A DNA stretch of 64,000 nt, from contig JBGSVZ010000019.1 in NCBI GenBank assembly GCA_041752695.1, positions 1-64,000 on the forward strand, written 5' to 3'. Both the position numbers and the translations under genes were made by a program. Within the stretch, counting starts at the first letter, position 1. Every line of letters starts with the position of its first letter. The notes beneath the pieces are model-generated. The model ran no database searches and was not told the origin of the DNA. It was given only the letters and a program-made list of their open reading frames with translations. The stretch is from Terrimicrobiaceae bacterium (GTDB taxonomy: Bacteria > Verrucomicrobiota > Verrucomicrobiia > Chthoniobacterales > Terrimicrobiaceae). Positions 38,575 to 49,800 of the stretch are shown here, one piece after another.

Positions 38575-40821
38575 TTAACGTAGTTCCCCCTTCATCTCGA
38601 ACTGCTTGCCGGACAGCGCATCCTTGGCCTGTTGACCCCAGAACGGCGTGGGTGTGAAGTCCTTGTCCAGAAGCATGCGCGGGCTGGCGCTGGGGTGGAA
38701 ACACCATCCGGTCCAGTTCAGGCGGTGCTTCTGAATCAGCGCCAGAATGTCGGGCACCCAGGTCTCCCAATCCTCCTGCTGCTCAAGAGGCATGAACGTC
38801 ATCTTTTTGGCATCGGCCCCGACTTCCCCAAGCAGGATCGGGTATTTTTCCGCAGCATCGAGCAGGTATTTTTGCCAGCCGCTTTTCCAGGGATAAATGT
38901 GGCAGGAATACATAATGCCGTTGCCCTCGGCGTCCTTGAGTCCGAAGCCGTTGACGATCCCATCGAGCTGATAGGCGTAGTCCAATCCGCCTACGACCAC
39001 GATATTCTTCGCACCGGTGGATCGCACCGCATCAAGCATCGCTTGCATGCCGGGAGATTCGAAGCCTTCGATCTTTTTCTTCTCTTCGGCCGAAAGGAAG
39101 GCAGCCTGATCAGCCTCAATCCGCTTGCCGACAAATCCTCCGTCGCGCCAGACTTCCCAGGTGGTGCCATGGGGCTCGTTCATCAGGTCAAACAACACCG
39201 CCGGATGGTTTTTGTAGCGGGCGGCGGCGTCCTTCCAAAAATCGAGATATTCTTTTTTCGGGGCACGGTAGGTATGCAGATCGAGCACAACATAAACCCC
39301 GCGATTAGCCGCCAGAGTGATGATCTGATCCACAATCTTCCGATACGCCGCCCCGCCGTCATTCGAGTCCTTCAGGCCGAACCAATAGTCGTCTTTCACG
39401 GGCAGGCGGATCACATTGGATTTCCAACCCTCAATTGCAACGATGGTGGCACGCTCGACCTGCTCACCCCGGGGATTCCACTCAAGGCTCGGAATGTTCA
39501 CGCCCTGCAACCAGACTTCCTTGCCGGAGGGATCGACGAGACGGTTGCCGGAAACCTTCAATTCGACCGGCCATTTTTCGGGGTTCGGGCCCTCCGGGGG
39601 AACGAGGCTTTTTTTGGCCTGCTCCACCGCTTTCTGAGCTTCGGCAATCAACGGGGCAGGATCAGTCGGCCGGACCTGCACGTCGTCGATCTCGAAAGTT
39701 CCCGCATTAGCCTGAAACAAAGCCGGCATGAGCGCGAGAGTCACCGCACCCTCTGGCACGAGAAAACTCCTCTTCTTTTCCACCCATCCCTTAGTGTCTC
39801 CGCCGGCCACGGCTGCGCCCGGCTGCTTCGGGGTTTTTTTTCCGGAAGCATCCAACGAGTCGATCATGATCCGTGCATCGAACCACGAATTTTTGCCCCG
39901 CTTGAGGCCCGTGACTCGCTGACGCCAGGTCATTTCCAAGGCCTGGGTTCCGGCGGGCACATCGAAGGTGCGATACACCATGAACATCTGCCCGGGAGTT
40001 TTGGAATCCAGACGCAGAAAGTGATTCCCCTCTTCCTGTTCCCACGAGACACCGTCCTTGGTGCTCCCCCATCCGTCTGCAAATCCTGCCCCTTTGGAAT
40101 CGGTCTCAAAGTTTCCATTAGTCAAAAGCGATCCAGCGGACTCGAAAGTCGCCGCAGCCTTGGCTTGGCGCTTCGCGGTGCTGGCCGCCAGTTTTTCCGC
40201 TTTTTCCGCGGCGGCGATTTCGGCTTTTTCCCGGATGGGCGCTGCATCGATCACCTTGATCGCGACGTCGTCCAGATCGAAAACACCGGTTTCCACCTGA
40301 AACAAGGCGGGCATAAACACAAAGGATGTTGCCCCAGCCGGAATGAGGAACTGGACACTGCGCTCCTCCCAGCCATTGGTTGATTTGCGCAAATACGGCG
40401 CACCGGGTGAGCCCTCAATTTTTTGGTCATCGGCATTACGAAACTCCAGCATAATCCGGGCGTCGAACCACGCTTTCAGGCCTGGACGCAAATCGGAGGC
40501 GCGTTGCCGCCAGAACATTTCCAGCGCCTCGGCCCCACCGGGGAGAGCAAGTTTCTGATAGAGAAGAACCGTGGCATTCGGCTCAGGACTTTTCAGTCGG
40601 ATGAACTGGTTCCCGTCTTCTTCTTCCCGGCTGGCATCTTTGTTCTTCGACCAGTGGTCGGGCCAGCCATCCCCATCGGAATCCATCTCCATGGAACCGT
40701 TCATTTGGAGCGAAGGCACCGCCGCCTGCGCCTCGGAAGTCGCGACTCTCGCGCCCTCCTCCGCTTTCAGGGTTGGGAAAAGTGCGATGGCGGAAAGAAT
40801 CAGGGAGAGGAGCTTTTTCAT
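38575..40821 (-). CDS. Secreted GH5 with two tandem N-terminal CBM-like modules
   Basis: Two ~150-aa repeats (NGxxE.D...W...WFDARIM...GW.E....F.P.GA...MPALFQ...DDV), then GH5 FDLMNEPH / LLGEVG. Confidence 0.9.
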   Translation of the reverse strand: MKKLLSLILSAIALFPTLKAEEGARVATSEAQAAVPSLQMNGSMEMDSDGDGWPDHWSKNKDASREEEDGNQFIRLKSPEPNATVLLYQKLALPGGAEALEMFWRQRASDLRPGLKAWFDARIMLEFRNADDQKIEGSPGAPYLRKSTNGWEERSVQFLIPAGATSFVFMPALFQVETGVFDLDDVAIKVIDAAPIREKAEIAAAEKAEKLAASTAKRQAKAAATFESAGSLLTNGNFETDSKGAGFADGWGSTKDGVSWEQEEGNHFLRLDSKTPGQMFMVYRTFDVPAGTQALEMTWRQRVTGLKRGKNSWFDARIMIDSLDASGKKTPKQPGAAVAGGDTKGWVEKKRSFLVPEGAVTLALMPALFQANAGTFEIDDVQVRPTDPAPLIAEAQKAVEQAKKSLVPPEGPNPEKWPVELKVSGNRLVDPSGKEVWLQGVNIPSLEWNPRGEQVERATIVAIEGWKSNVIRLPVKDDYWFGLKDSNDGGAAYRKIVDQIITLAANRGVYVVLDLHTYRAPKKEYLDFWKDAAARYKNHPAVLFDLMNEPHGTTWEVWRDGGFVGKRIEADQAAFLSAEEKKKIEGFESPGMQAMLDAVRSTGAKNIVVVGGLDYAYQLDGIVNGFGLKDAEGNGIMYSCHIYPWKSGWQKYLLDAAEKYPILLGEVGADAKKMTFMPLEQQEDWETWVPDILALIQKHRLNWTGWCFHPSASPRMLLDKDFTPTPFWGQQAKDALSGKQFEMKGELR

Positions 40822-40996
40822 GGAGAAATGGGGCATTTTGTCCGGGGGAATGATCGGCAAGGGAACTGAAGCCGGAAGAGAGAGGCTAAACTCGGCGAAG
40901 CGCTATGTCACTACTATGCGCTTGTCAATTATTCCCTGCTGATGAGCGTTTCCCGGTGATATACTAACGCTTTATCGCAAAAAACTCCCCCTCGCC

Positions 40997-42346
40997 TCAC
41001 GGCGAAGCCATGGAAGGAGACGAGAAGTCCGCCAACACCGAGGGACGTTCCTCGAAAACGGTCACCACCAACTCTCCGAAAAGCGTATTCGCCCAAGCAA
41101 ACCACGGTCGCGAAAAGACCCGCGCATCATCCGCCCGGAAAGACTCGTGCATAAAACCCGTGCCCGCATGACTGGTCACCAACTGACGAAGACAAAATTC
41201 GACCTCTGCGTCGTCAGTAGCGGTGAGCGCCTGCATGGTTAGCGCCATCGGCCAGATCGTGCCCGGTCCGGTGTGGGGACTGCCAATGCCGGCTCCCGCG
41301 GGTCCGGTGACAAAATGCGGGTTGTCCCCGCTCAGGCAGAACTGTCGGGTGCGGAGATATCGGGGATCCGTTTTGGCACAGAATCCCAGATAGGGTAACG
41401 AGAGCAGTGAAGGGACGTTGGCATCGTCCATCAGGTGAGCCCCTCCCAAGCCATCCACCTCGTAGGCCCAGATTTCGCCGTGCACCGAATGATTCACCAC
41501 GGCGTGGTTTTCCAGCGCCGCAAAAATTTCATGGCTGAAGCGCGACGCCTGACCGGAAAGATCCTTGGCGCCGAGGATCTCCAGAAGGGGGCCGATGTCC
41601 CGCAGGGCGACCGCCATCATGGCATTGGCTGGCACCAGAAACGGGAAGGCCACTAAATCGTCCGACGGACGAAAAGCGCACCGGATGAGTCCGCACTCCG
41701 CACTGGGAAGCCCTCGCCCGCCACGAGGCAAAACTGTGCCGCCCGGCCGCTCAAAGGAATACGCGGAACGCTCCCCCGCCCCCTGCTCCATCTCGAGCAA
41801 GCCGAACAGCGCCGCCATGGCCGCCCGCCACGTTTCATCAAAAGGGGACACATCCCCTGTCGCCGCCCAATAGCCCTGCGAAAGACGGACAAAATACGCC
41901 AGACTGTCCAACTCCCACTTGCGCTCATGCACACCCGGCCGCATTTCTGTCAGATCGTCCTTCCAATGCCCCAGAACTGGGTCGCGATAAAAAGCGTTGG
42001 CATACGGGTCCAGCACAATTCCCCGGGCCTGCCGCCGGACGACCCCCGCCAGCATCGCCCGCAGCTTGTCATCCGACCGGGCCAGGGGCAAAAACGGCCA
42101 GACCTGCGAAGCGGAGTCCCGCAACCACATGGCCGGAATATCCCCGGTGATAACAAACGAATCCGGCCCATCCAGCTCCTGATAGTCAACCGTGGTGTCG
42201 AGCGTGTTCGGCAGACAGTTCCGAAAAAGCCAGGCTAACGCTTGATCGGCAATCCCCCCCGCGACACGATCAGCCAGATCCTCGACGCTTGCGCTGGAAA
42301 ATGTTCTCTGTTCCGGAACGGGACGCTGGGTGGCCAAAAGGTTCAT
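40997..42346 (-). CDS. GH125 exo-alpha-1,6-mannosidase family
   Basis: PNTLDTTV, ITGDIPAMWLRDS, ERKWELDS, FRPSDD, MDDANVPSLLSLPYLG, MHESF, WFAWAN. Confidence 0.95.
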   Translation of the reverse strand: MNLLATQRPVPEQRTFSSASVEDLADRVAGGIADQALAWLFRNCLPNTLDTTVDYQELDGPDSFVITGDIPAMWLRDSASQVWPFLPLARSDDKLRAMLAGVVRRQARGIVLDPYANAFYRDPVLGHWKDDLTEMRPGVHERKWELDSLAYFVRLSQGYWAATGDVSPFDETWRAAMAALFGLLEMEQGAGERSAYSFERPGGTVLPRGGRGLPSAECGLIRCAFRPSDDLVAFPFLVPANAMMAVALRDIGPLLEILGAKDLSGQASRFSHEIFAALENHAVVNHSVHGEIWAYEVDGLGGAHLMDDANVPSLLSLPYLGFCAKTDPRYLRTRQFCLSGDNPHFVTGPAGAGIGSPHTGPGTIWPMALTMQALTATDDAEVEFCLRQLVTSHAGTGFMHESFRADDARVFSRPWFAWANTLFGELVVTVFEERPSVLADFSSPSMASP

Positions 42347-42399
42347 GATGTCTGAATTTCGAAAACTAGGCTGGAATTTTGTCCAATCGGAAAACGACA

Positions 42400-42429
42400 G
42401 CGCTGGCTAAAGATAACCTCCAGCCAGCG
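42400..42429 (-). terminator. Hairpin between the PEP-CTERM gene and GH125
   Basis: GCGCTGGCT...AGCCAGCGC stem with only a weak, offset U-run. Confidence 0.45.
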
Positions 42430-42471
42430 CCGATTCCCCCCAGAAATAGTTTTCCGCCGTGACTCTTCGCG

Positions 42472-45372
42472 TCAGGCCCGACGGCGTCGCAAGAATGTCA
42501 CCACCATGAGGCCGCCCGTGAGCAACAACCACGTGGAAGGCTCAGGAACCAATTGCAACGCCAGGTCGTTTCCACCTGTGAAAGTCCCGTCTACGGAGCT
42601 TCCCAAGTAACTAACCTGCCAGGTGTAGCCACCCGAAGTGAAGCTTCCCCCCTGCGCGATTCCATTGAGCGTGCCATCAATGGCATCTGCACCGTCATTG
42701 AGGATCAGGAAGTAAATGTCCGTTGGTAGTGGCACAAAAGACAACATCGTCACCTCGATCTTGCCATTGCCATCCAAGTCCACCGTTCCCGTCACGTTCA
42801 CCTGATCATACTGGCCGGCACCAGTACCGCTGATCTCCATGGCAATTGTCGAGGCCGTGCCCGTAAGTGCGAGGTTTCCGGTATTCAGCATACCCGGGCT
42901 GTTGCCTGGTGCCAAGGTGCCGCTGTTGCCGATGGACACCGAGCTCGTCATCGTGCCTGTTCCACCGAAGACCCCTCCGGTGACGGACACCGCACTCACG
43001 CTGGAGCCATTAATCAACAGCGTGCCCGCGCTCACCGTCGTTGCCCCTGTATAAGTGTTGGCCCCATTCAAGGCGAGAACGCCGGCGCCTGTTTTAGTCA
43101 GACCATTGTCCGTCGTCGCATTGGTCAGGGCCGGAATAATCGCCAGATCCACCTCGGCGGCTCCATCGCCCACATTAAATGTCCGCGTGCCGCTCAAGGT
43201 GATGAACCCCTGGTTGGCCAGCGCAATGTTCGAGCTATCGATTTTCACCGTGTTGGTGTTGGTCCCATTGCCCGTAAAAGTGACATCGCCATTGAGCGCC
43301 AGAACAGCGCCACGGTTGGTGGCGTTGGCGGAAACCGAAATCGGCGTGTAGGTTCCCGAGGCCACGTTTGTGATATTGACGGCATTCAGGGAGGTCGTGC
43401 CAGTGAAGGTCACAGTGCTGGAAGAAACCTGCGCGGTCAGAACCCCTCCGGTAAACGTGGAGGTGCCGGACACAAAGACCTTCCCCCCCGCGTTGAGCTG
43501 CACCAGTCCACCGGAGAGCGTCATGTTACCATTGACGGTCAACGAAGAGTTGGTTCCGCCGCTGCCCTGGACGCGTCCTCCCGTCATTGTCAAATTATTG
43601 ATCGTTTCGTTCGACCCGTTGTTTCCGCTGCTGGTGGTGGTATCCATCACAAAAGATCCGCCGTTGATCGTCACACTCGCTGTGTCCGCAATGGAATTGT
43701 TATTCTTCAGGAGAGTGCCTCCATTCATCACCAGGTCGGTGGTCAAGGCCTGCACCCCAGCCGTTTTGTCCAGCCGGAGGATTCCACTATTGAGGGTGGT
43801 GACACCGGCGTAGGTATTCGTCCCCGAACCCGAAAGAATCGTCTGTCCGTTCCCGCCGAAGGTCACACCATTCCCTCCATCGTTAGTGAGCACACTGCTG
43901 ATATAGAGGGGAGCCACCGTATTGCCGTTATTAATGCCGTTGGTGAAGACCACGATACCACCTTCCTGGCCATTGAGGTCCAGCGTGCCAACACTCAGCG
44001 TCATGGCGTTTGTGGCGACATTCGTTCCCGTCACCAACTGGCTCGCGTAGATCATCCCGCTCGCCACGGTCAGCGTGCCCGCCCCGTCAACAGTCAGACC
44101 CGAATTAGCCGTCGTGCCACTGACCCCGAGGGACAAGGAATTGACGCTGGTGGTCGAGCTTAGGGTCGTGGTGATCACGCCAGCACCGGAACTGTTGGTC
44201 AAAAGCGCGTTGTCCAATTGGGTCTGACCATCGGTGATCGTTGACACATATTCCGAACCACTCAATCGCCGGACACCCACCGAAGAATCATACGTGACCA
44301 AACCCGTTCCGTTTCCGCCCGACGACGCATCCCCGTAGGCACCCTTGATGATCCCGGCCGTGGTCGTGCCAAGGGCCCCTGTCCCACTTAGGGTAGGCGC
44401 CGTGGTGAAAACGATGTTTGCACTATTCGTCCCCGAGCCGATGGCGTTCGTTCCCAGGTTTGTCCCGCGGAAAAGTGTCAGATTCCCGGCCTCCCGCTCA
44501 TAGGCCGAAACCGTCAGCCGGGCATTCCTTGCCGCATTGGAACTCACCGTAACCGTGGAAAACCCGCTCGCAGCTGTTAGCGTTCCGCTGATCACATCAT
44601 TGGAATTGGCCGTGGAATTTCCCGTGACGGATAAAATCGCGCCCCCCGAATTGCCCGAACCATCCAGCGCGACATTCTTGGCCCTGGTCGTGCCCGTGTT
44701 GCCATTTGTCGTGCTATTGAACTGCAAGGTTGTCGCTCCCGACGTCGCAGCATTGACGGTAAAGTCGGAATTAGCCGAACTGCCGACCGCCCCCGTGAGC
44801 GCCAAAACCCCCAAATTTACGACCGTTGCGCCGGAATAGGTATTTACACCGGCCAAATTGATCGTGCCGCCTGCGGCGGTGATTCCGCCGTTGGAAATCA
44901 CGTTAGTGAAGGTCAGGGTCTTCCCGCTTCCAACCGTCAAAGTCCGGCTTGCGCCCCCAAGATCAACGTTCAGTGCCTTGGTCCCCGTTGTCGATCCAAT
45001 GGTGATAATTTGGTTCCCACTGGTGTTCACAGCAATGTCCCCAGCCAATGTCACCGTGACCGCCGCCGTGGTACCGGTGAGAGAAAAGTTTCCGCCCGCG
45101 TTGTAGCGAAAATTCCACCCAGTCGACAGAACCGTGTCGGAGGAAAATGTCGCTGTCTGGGCTCCTGCCAACGTCAACGGCGTGTCCCAAAGTCCGTTGA
45201 TGCTCCCATCGTACCAGTTGGCGGAATTGTTGTAATCGTAGTTCCCGGCCGCCGTCTGATTCCACCCGGACTGAGCATGGGAGGACGCCGACGAGGCCAC
45301 GCCGACAAGCGCTATAAGAATTGAAGTCGAACGGGCACAGGCACCAGAGCGAGAGAAGAAGGAATTTTTCAT
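42472..45372 (-). CDS. Large PEP-CTERM surface protein with autotransporter-associated beta-strand repeats
   Basis: Signal peptide; LTKTGAGVLALNGANTYTGATTVSAGTL repeats; LAPGNSPG; VPEPSTWLLL...RRRRA. Confidence 0.92.
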   Translation of the reverse strand: MKNSFFSRSGACARSTSILIALVGVASSASSHAQSGWNQTAAGNYDYNNSANWYDGSINGLWDTPLTLAGAQTATFSSDTVLSTGWNFRYNAGGNFSLTGTTAAVTVTLAGDIAVNTSGNQIITIGSTTGTKALNVDLGGASRTLTVGSGKTLTFTNVISNGGITAAGGTINLAGVNTYSGATVVNLGVLALTGAVGSSANSDFTVNAATSGATTLQFNSTTNGNTGTTRAKNVALDGSGNSGGAILSVTGNSTANSNDVISGTLTAASGFSTVTVSSNAARNARLTVSAYEREAGNLTLFRGTNLGTNAIGSGTNSANIVFTTAPTLSGTGALGTTTAGIIKGAYGDASSGGNGTGLVTYDSSVGVRRLSGSEYVSTITDGQTQLDNALLTNSSGAGVITTTLSSTTSVNSLSLGVSGTTANSGLTVDGAGTLTVASGMIYASQLVTGTNVATNAMTLSVGTLDLNGQEGGIVVFTNGINNGNTVAPLYISSVLTNDGGNGVTFGGNGQTILSGSGTNTYAGVTTLNSGILRLDKTAGVQALTTDLVMNGGTLLKNNNSIADTASVTINGGSFVMDTTTSSGNNGSNETINNLTMTGGRVQGSGGTNSSLTVNGNMTLSGGLVQLNAGGKVFVSGTSTFTGGVLTAQVSSSTVTFTGTTSLNAVNITNVASGTYTPISVSANATNRGAVLALNGDVTFTGNGTNTNTVKIDSSNIALANQGFITLSGTRTFNVGDGAAEVDLAIIPALTNATTDNGLTKTGAGVLALNGANTYTGATTVSAGTLLINGSSVSAVSVTGGVFGGTGTMTSSVSIGNSGTLAPGNSPGMLNTGNLALTGTASTIAMEISGTGAGQYDQVNVTGTVDLDGNGKIEVTMLSFVPLPTDIYFLILNDGADAIDGTLNGIAQGGSFTSGGYTWQVSYLGSSVDGTFTGGNDLALQLVPEPSTWLLLTGGLMVVTFLRRRRA

Positions 45373-45443
45373 GGGGTTCGAAGTTCGGGGGATTAGTTAC
45401 GGATTGGGGGTTTTGCGCCGGAGGGATGACCGGAACTGCCAAC

Positions 45444-45471
45444 ATCGTAGAATCGCTCAGGGATATGTCAA
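45444..45471 (-). promoter_or_regulatory. Sigma70-like promoter of the PEP-CTERM gene
   Basis: TTGACA-N16-TACGAT on the minus strand, about 70 nt above the ATG. Confidence 0.6.
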
Positions 45472-46010
45472 TGCTTTATCTTTGCTTTTTCGGCACTTTT
45501 TTCGCGAAATTTCGGCCTTCGCCAATCACGATCATGAAAACGAGATAGACGGCCTATTGTCCCGCGCTGCCTGTATTCAGGCTCATCCCATGGGGGAAGA
45601 CTGAGAGCCCACCACTACCCGAAGCTGCCCAGTTTGAGGTCATACAGCACCCTGGGTCGCATTCCCTCTTTCTGATCGCTTTGTTGTTAAAAACCCAAAA
45701 CTCTGTGTTTTTTTATAGCAATTTGACGCAATGTTTACCGGCGTTCACCTCTTTCTCAGTACCGGGTTGACCTCAGAGCTCAAAAACGATCAATACGAAC
45801 AGCCAACCTCGACTTCCGGTGCCTTTATACTCAGGTCTGCAGCTTCCAATCTCGGGACAAGACCGCGATGATTGACTAGAGGGCACCAGACAAAAACTCG
45901 TTGCGTGGACATTTCCCAGAAGCCGGAAGGATCTGTCTCGCTGAATCCACACCCTTCTTCGGATCAGAATAGACATGTCCAATCCCAGGGAAAAGCTGCC
46001 CCGCCTTCTT

Positions 46011-46778
46011 TTAAGGCCGATAAGTGCGGGTGCGGCCTGTCACTGGATCCACCTGCGCGGTGAAATAGTTTTTGGGCAGGGTCGACCCGTCGTCACCTTT
46101 CGCGGAGTACACCGTCAAATACCACTTTTCTGTGATGGGCTTCAGGCTGGTTCCGCCGTCGGCCCGAAAGAGAAAACTGATGTAATCCGTGCCACCGCTC
46201 CCCGGAAGCACTTCGTTGCCTTTCGTTAGACAGTCCTTGCCCACATTGGCGGCATCCAGCAGCGTGGAATAGGCGGCATTACCGGAAATGATGATGGGTT
46301 CCGGCAATTGCTTCAGCCGGCTCAAGGGTTTCCAACCCGCCGGATCGATGCCATCAATCAGGAAACTCCGAAAAGCCCGGAATTGTTTGTCGTTGGCATC
46401 CGTTTTCGAACCGAGATTATAAATGCGGACTTCGACGTCCCGGTTCCGGGAAAGCGCGGTCTGCCGGGCGAAATTCAACTCATCCGTGACCATCCCGGCA
46501 GAACGACCCACATTAAGTCCGCCCATGAGCGAACTGGTCGCGGGAACCATGACGGCCATCAGAACCGCCATGATCGCGATCACGACCAGAACTTCCACCA
46601 GGGAAAACGCGTGGAAGAATTTAAAACCACTAATGGGCACTAAAGTGCACTGATCCGCAGAACTCTGGCCTCTTCCCGCTTCCAGGCTGCGACCCGAAAA
46701 AATATCATGTTGAGCCTCAAGCGCCTGCCGTCCCGCCGGTCTTCTTATCACATGTCCAAGAGAATCTTTAGTACTCAT
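46011..46778 (-). CDS. Verru_Chthon cassette protein D (pilin-like N-terminus)
   Basis: AFSLVEVLVV, ARQTALSRNRDVEVR, FLFRADGGT, NYFTAQVDPVTGRTRTYRP. Confidence 0.9.
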   Translation of the reverse strand: MSTKDSLGHVIRRPAGRQALEAQHDIFSGRSLEAGRGQSSADQCTLVPISGFKFFHAFSLVEVLVVIAIMAVLMAVMVPATSSLMGGLNVGRSAGMVTDELNFARQTALSRNRDVEVRIYNLGSKTDANDKQFRAFRSFLIDGIDPAGWKPLSRLKQLPEPIIISGNAAYSTLLDAANVGKDCLTKGNEVLPGSGGTDYISFLFRADGGTSLKPITEKWYLTVYSAKGDDGSTLPKNYFTAQVDPVTGRTRTYRP

Positions 46779-46806
46779 GAGTGCCTTTTGGTGCTTACCA
46801 CATCAC

Positions 46807-49800
46807 TCAGGGCGCGAAGCGTTTGGTGTTCACTACACGAAATTTGTACGGCCCGACCATGCCGTCTGGGTCGAGCTCGTTAGTGGGGTCTCCTGCGGAA
46901 TTCACCAGGGAGTCCGAATTGGGATCGAGATAGCGTTCGATCAGGAAGGAGCCCCGAAACTCCCCTGTGACCTGATCCTTGCCCTCGACAAACTGATTTG
47001 GGGCCGTCCCGTTGGCTTTTGCAATACTCTGGGCCATAACATGCACCGTAAACGTGTTAGATTTAGTGGTCAGCCTCGGATAGACGTGGCTATAGGGTCC
47101 TTCACGGACATTATCACCCGTCAACTCGTAGTCCCTCCACCAATTCGCCATCGTTCCGTAACTAGGGGAGCCAGGCGCTGAGGAACCATCCACATTTTTT
47201 TCCGGCACAAGAAAAATATTACAAATCTCTGAGGCTGACCGAAAGATGTCCCCGGATCCAAAACGTTCCTCAAACCCAGCCAAAGTGCCAGTTGTCTCGT
47301 CCGGATTGATTGTATATCGGAAGTCCGGCGGAAAACCGGCCCCTACCGTCTGCCCGCTATTTGAATCATATTTATAATTGATCGCATTAGCTGTCGGAAT
47401 CGCCATCATTCTGGTGGATTTTAATACCGCCCGGACTCCGGTACTTCTGGTCAGATAGGTAAACGGAAAAATCTGATAGTTCATATTCACCTTTCCGGCC
47501 GTAGAAAATGGCTCGCTGATGGCATATGGCTCCACAATTGGCATTGTAAAAAAGTCCAGGAATAGATGATCTGGCGGAACATTGTAGGGTGGACCACCAA
47601 ACGGAACTCCAAATCCGGGGTGCTGGGAACCACCGAGTGGATTCCTGGCGAAAAGCAAAGTCTGCCACGGCTTGGCAGCAGCAGGATCACTCGGGTCAAT
47701 TCCGGTGGGAAGGGAACCAAAAGATACTGCCGAAGAAATCTGGCGATTCGGGGAAAACGACGCCCCCGTATCTACGACAACAGCACTATTGGCCGAACGG
47801 TCATGGCCTTGAGCATTGTAATAGCCATTCGTAACGGTAGCATTCGATCCAACATTCCCCAAATCTGCCTTGTTGATGAACGGACCGTCTCTCCTGCTGC
47901 CTATGCCTGTGTCCCAGTCGCCCAGCACTCCGTTGGCCATATCGGCTTGCGCTAACCCCCGCGGGACGGCGGGGGCTCTATTCGATTTCTGGGGATTATT
48001 GGTCGCCACGTAATAGTTTGCAGCCGCCAGGAGCTTACCGGCTCTTCCCGCACCCGCATAATAACCTCCAGAAAAGCTGGTCATACCCTGGCCCGCTCCC
48101 GAATCCACCCTTAAACTATGAATCAATCGCGAGGCGACGGCCGTGTCACTGTATCTTTTTCCGTCCTCAGGAGTATCAAGGAGGCCATGGCCCTCAAAAT
48201 ACGAGTCTGGCACATTTTTCAAACCCGCTATCAATCGATAGTCTCCACGAGCGGGACCGCCATGCCGCGCCTCCACCGCCCTCACCGTATCCTCGTTCCG
48301 AATCAATGGAAGAGGGTTATGCTGACCATTTTGTTGAACTCCATAGCCTCCTCCCGTTTGCGTGGAACCAAACCGTGTGGTTAGCAAATTAAACTGAGTG
48401 ATGGTGCTTTGATCGTTCGCAGGGAGAGTCGAATCACTTTTGCTGTCCGACTTCGACCACGAAATCAAGGGAACCGGCCAACCATTCCCGTCTGGAAAAT
48501 TCATGACAATCGTCTGCACAAGATCCTCGCTATCAAGCGTATTCGCGTATCCCGAGTAAATTTCGATCGTTATTGATCCCCCTTCCAATCCGAATGAGGT
48601 ACCATTGATCGGAATTGCATTGGAAACGAATGGATAAAATTCCTCCTCGTTCGCAGCCCCAACTGTCGACATGCCCGGGCGCTTGATATTGAGCGGCCAA
48701 TACTGCGTAAAGAGTTCTAATCCGGTGAACGGAGTGGCATTGGACTGCCCATCGCGCGCCGTCACGAGATTTATGGCATCCGCAGGAAACCCGAGAGAAG
48801 TAGATACCGTCCCGGATGTCACTAAAAATTGGTCGAGGCCTCGCACACGAATTCTCATGTTTGCACTCCACGGAGGAGGTCCCGGAGAGGGGGTGAAAGG
48901 TTGAAGCACCAGGAAAGCGCTCATGTGCGGATTCGTTCCCGAGGTAACGGCCGCACTGGGAATTACACCGCCCGTGTACTTTTGTTGAGCAACTGTTTGC
49001 TCGGTTCCCGACACCAGAATATTATCGGACCGAAAGAAGACCAGAGCCGCCTGCGTGATTGTCCCGAAATTCCCAAACCCTTTTGTCCCGTTAGGCAACG
49101 AAAGAGGAACTACTTGGAATTGTCCCGTCCAAGCGTTCGTGTTACCCGGATTGAATGGCGCATAAGAATACCCACTTGTACCCGAGGTGGTCGCGATACC
49201 GGTTGTCGTGACATTGATGTTGCTACGCACAAAATCGAGCATCTCCGTGAGGATTTGATCCCGAGTTGACGAATTGTATTTCCCTCCGGGCCCAGACAAA
49301 CTCCCGCCAAATCCGGGGATGGGTGCCGCCGTGAGCGACTGTAGGTATGCGTAAACATCACGATTCCTTGTAATCTGATTCCAATCCAGAGCAGGACTCT
49401 GACTGCTCGGTTTTGGATTCTGTGAAGGACTGTAGGGCCCTGCGCCTCGATCATTAGGGCCATTTTTTGAGTTATCGTAGGTGCTGTAGCGTTGGAAAAA
49501 ATATTCCTTGGCGTCGGCACCAACCCCGATCGTCGAGCAGAAAGCTATCAATTTATCTTTGGCTGTTCGCGTCGCTTTTCCCGTAATCGGCTCCGGGTCG
49601 AGCTGAAGCGGCCATAGCGTGACCCGAGGTTTGTTAAACATGTTGACCTCAGGAGACCGGCTGTTCGCCGTTATAAAAAACCGGCTTTTCTCAATGTCGC
49701 CAACGGAAAAGGTCGATCCCGACCCATTGGGATTAACCACCCGAGAGCCCGATGAGAGAGCGGTCGCGCTGAAAAAAAACTCGTCCACCGTCCCAAACAG

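Noticed and set aside
40895..40980. TTGACA and AGCGC..GCGCT / LacI-like half sites upstream of the CBM-GH5 gene
   Set aside because: The -35 is perfect, but no convincing -10 or full palindrome could be fixed by eye.
42472..45372. Repetitive DNA in PEP-CTERM genes as a possible CRISPR or DGR
   Set aside because: The repeats are degenerate protein-level beta-strand repeats. No constant repeat-spacer units, cas genes or reverse transcriptase are in the window.
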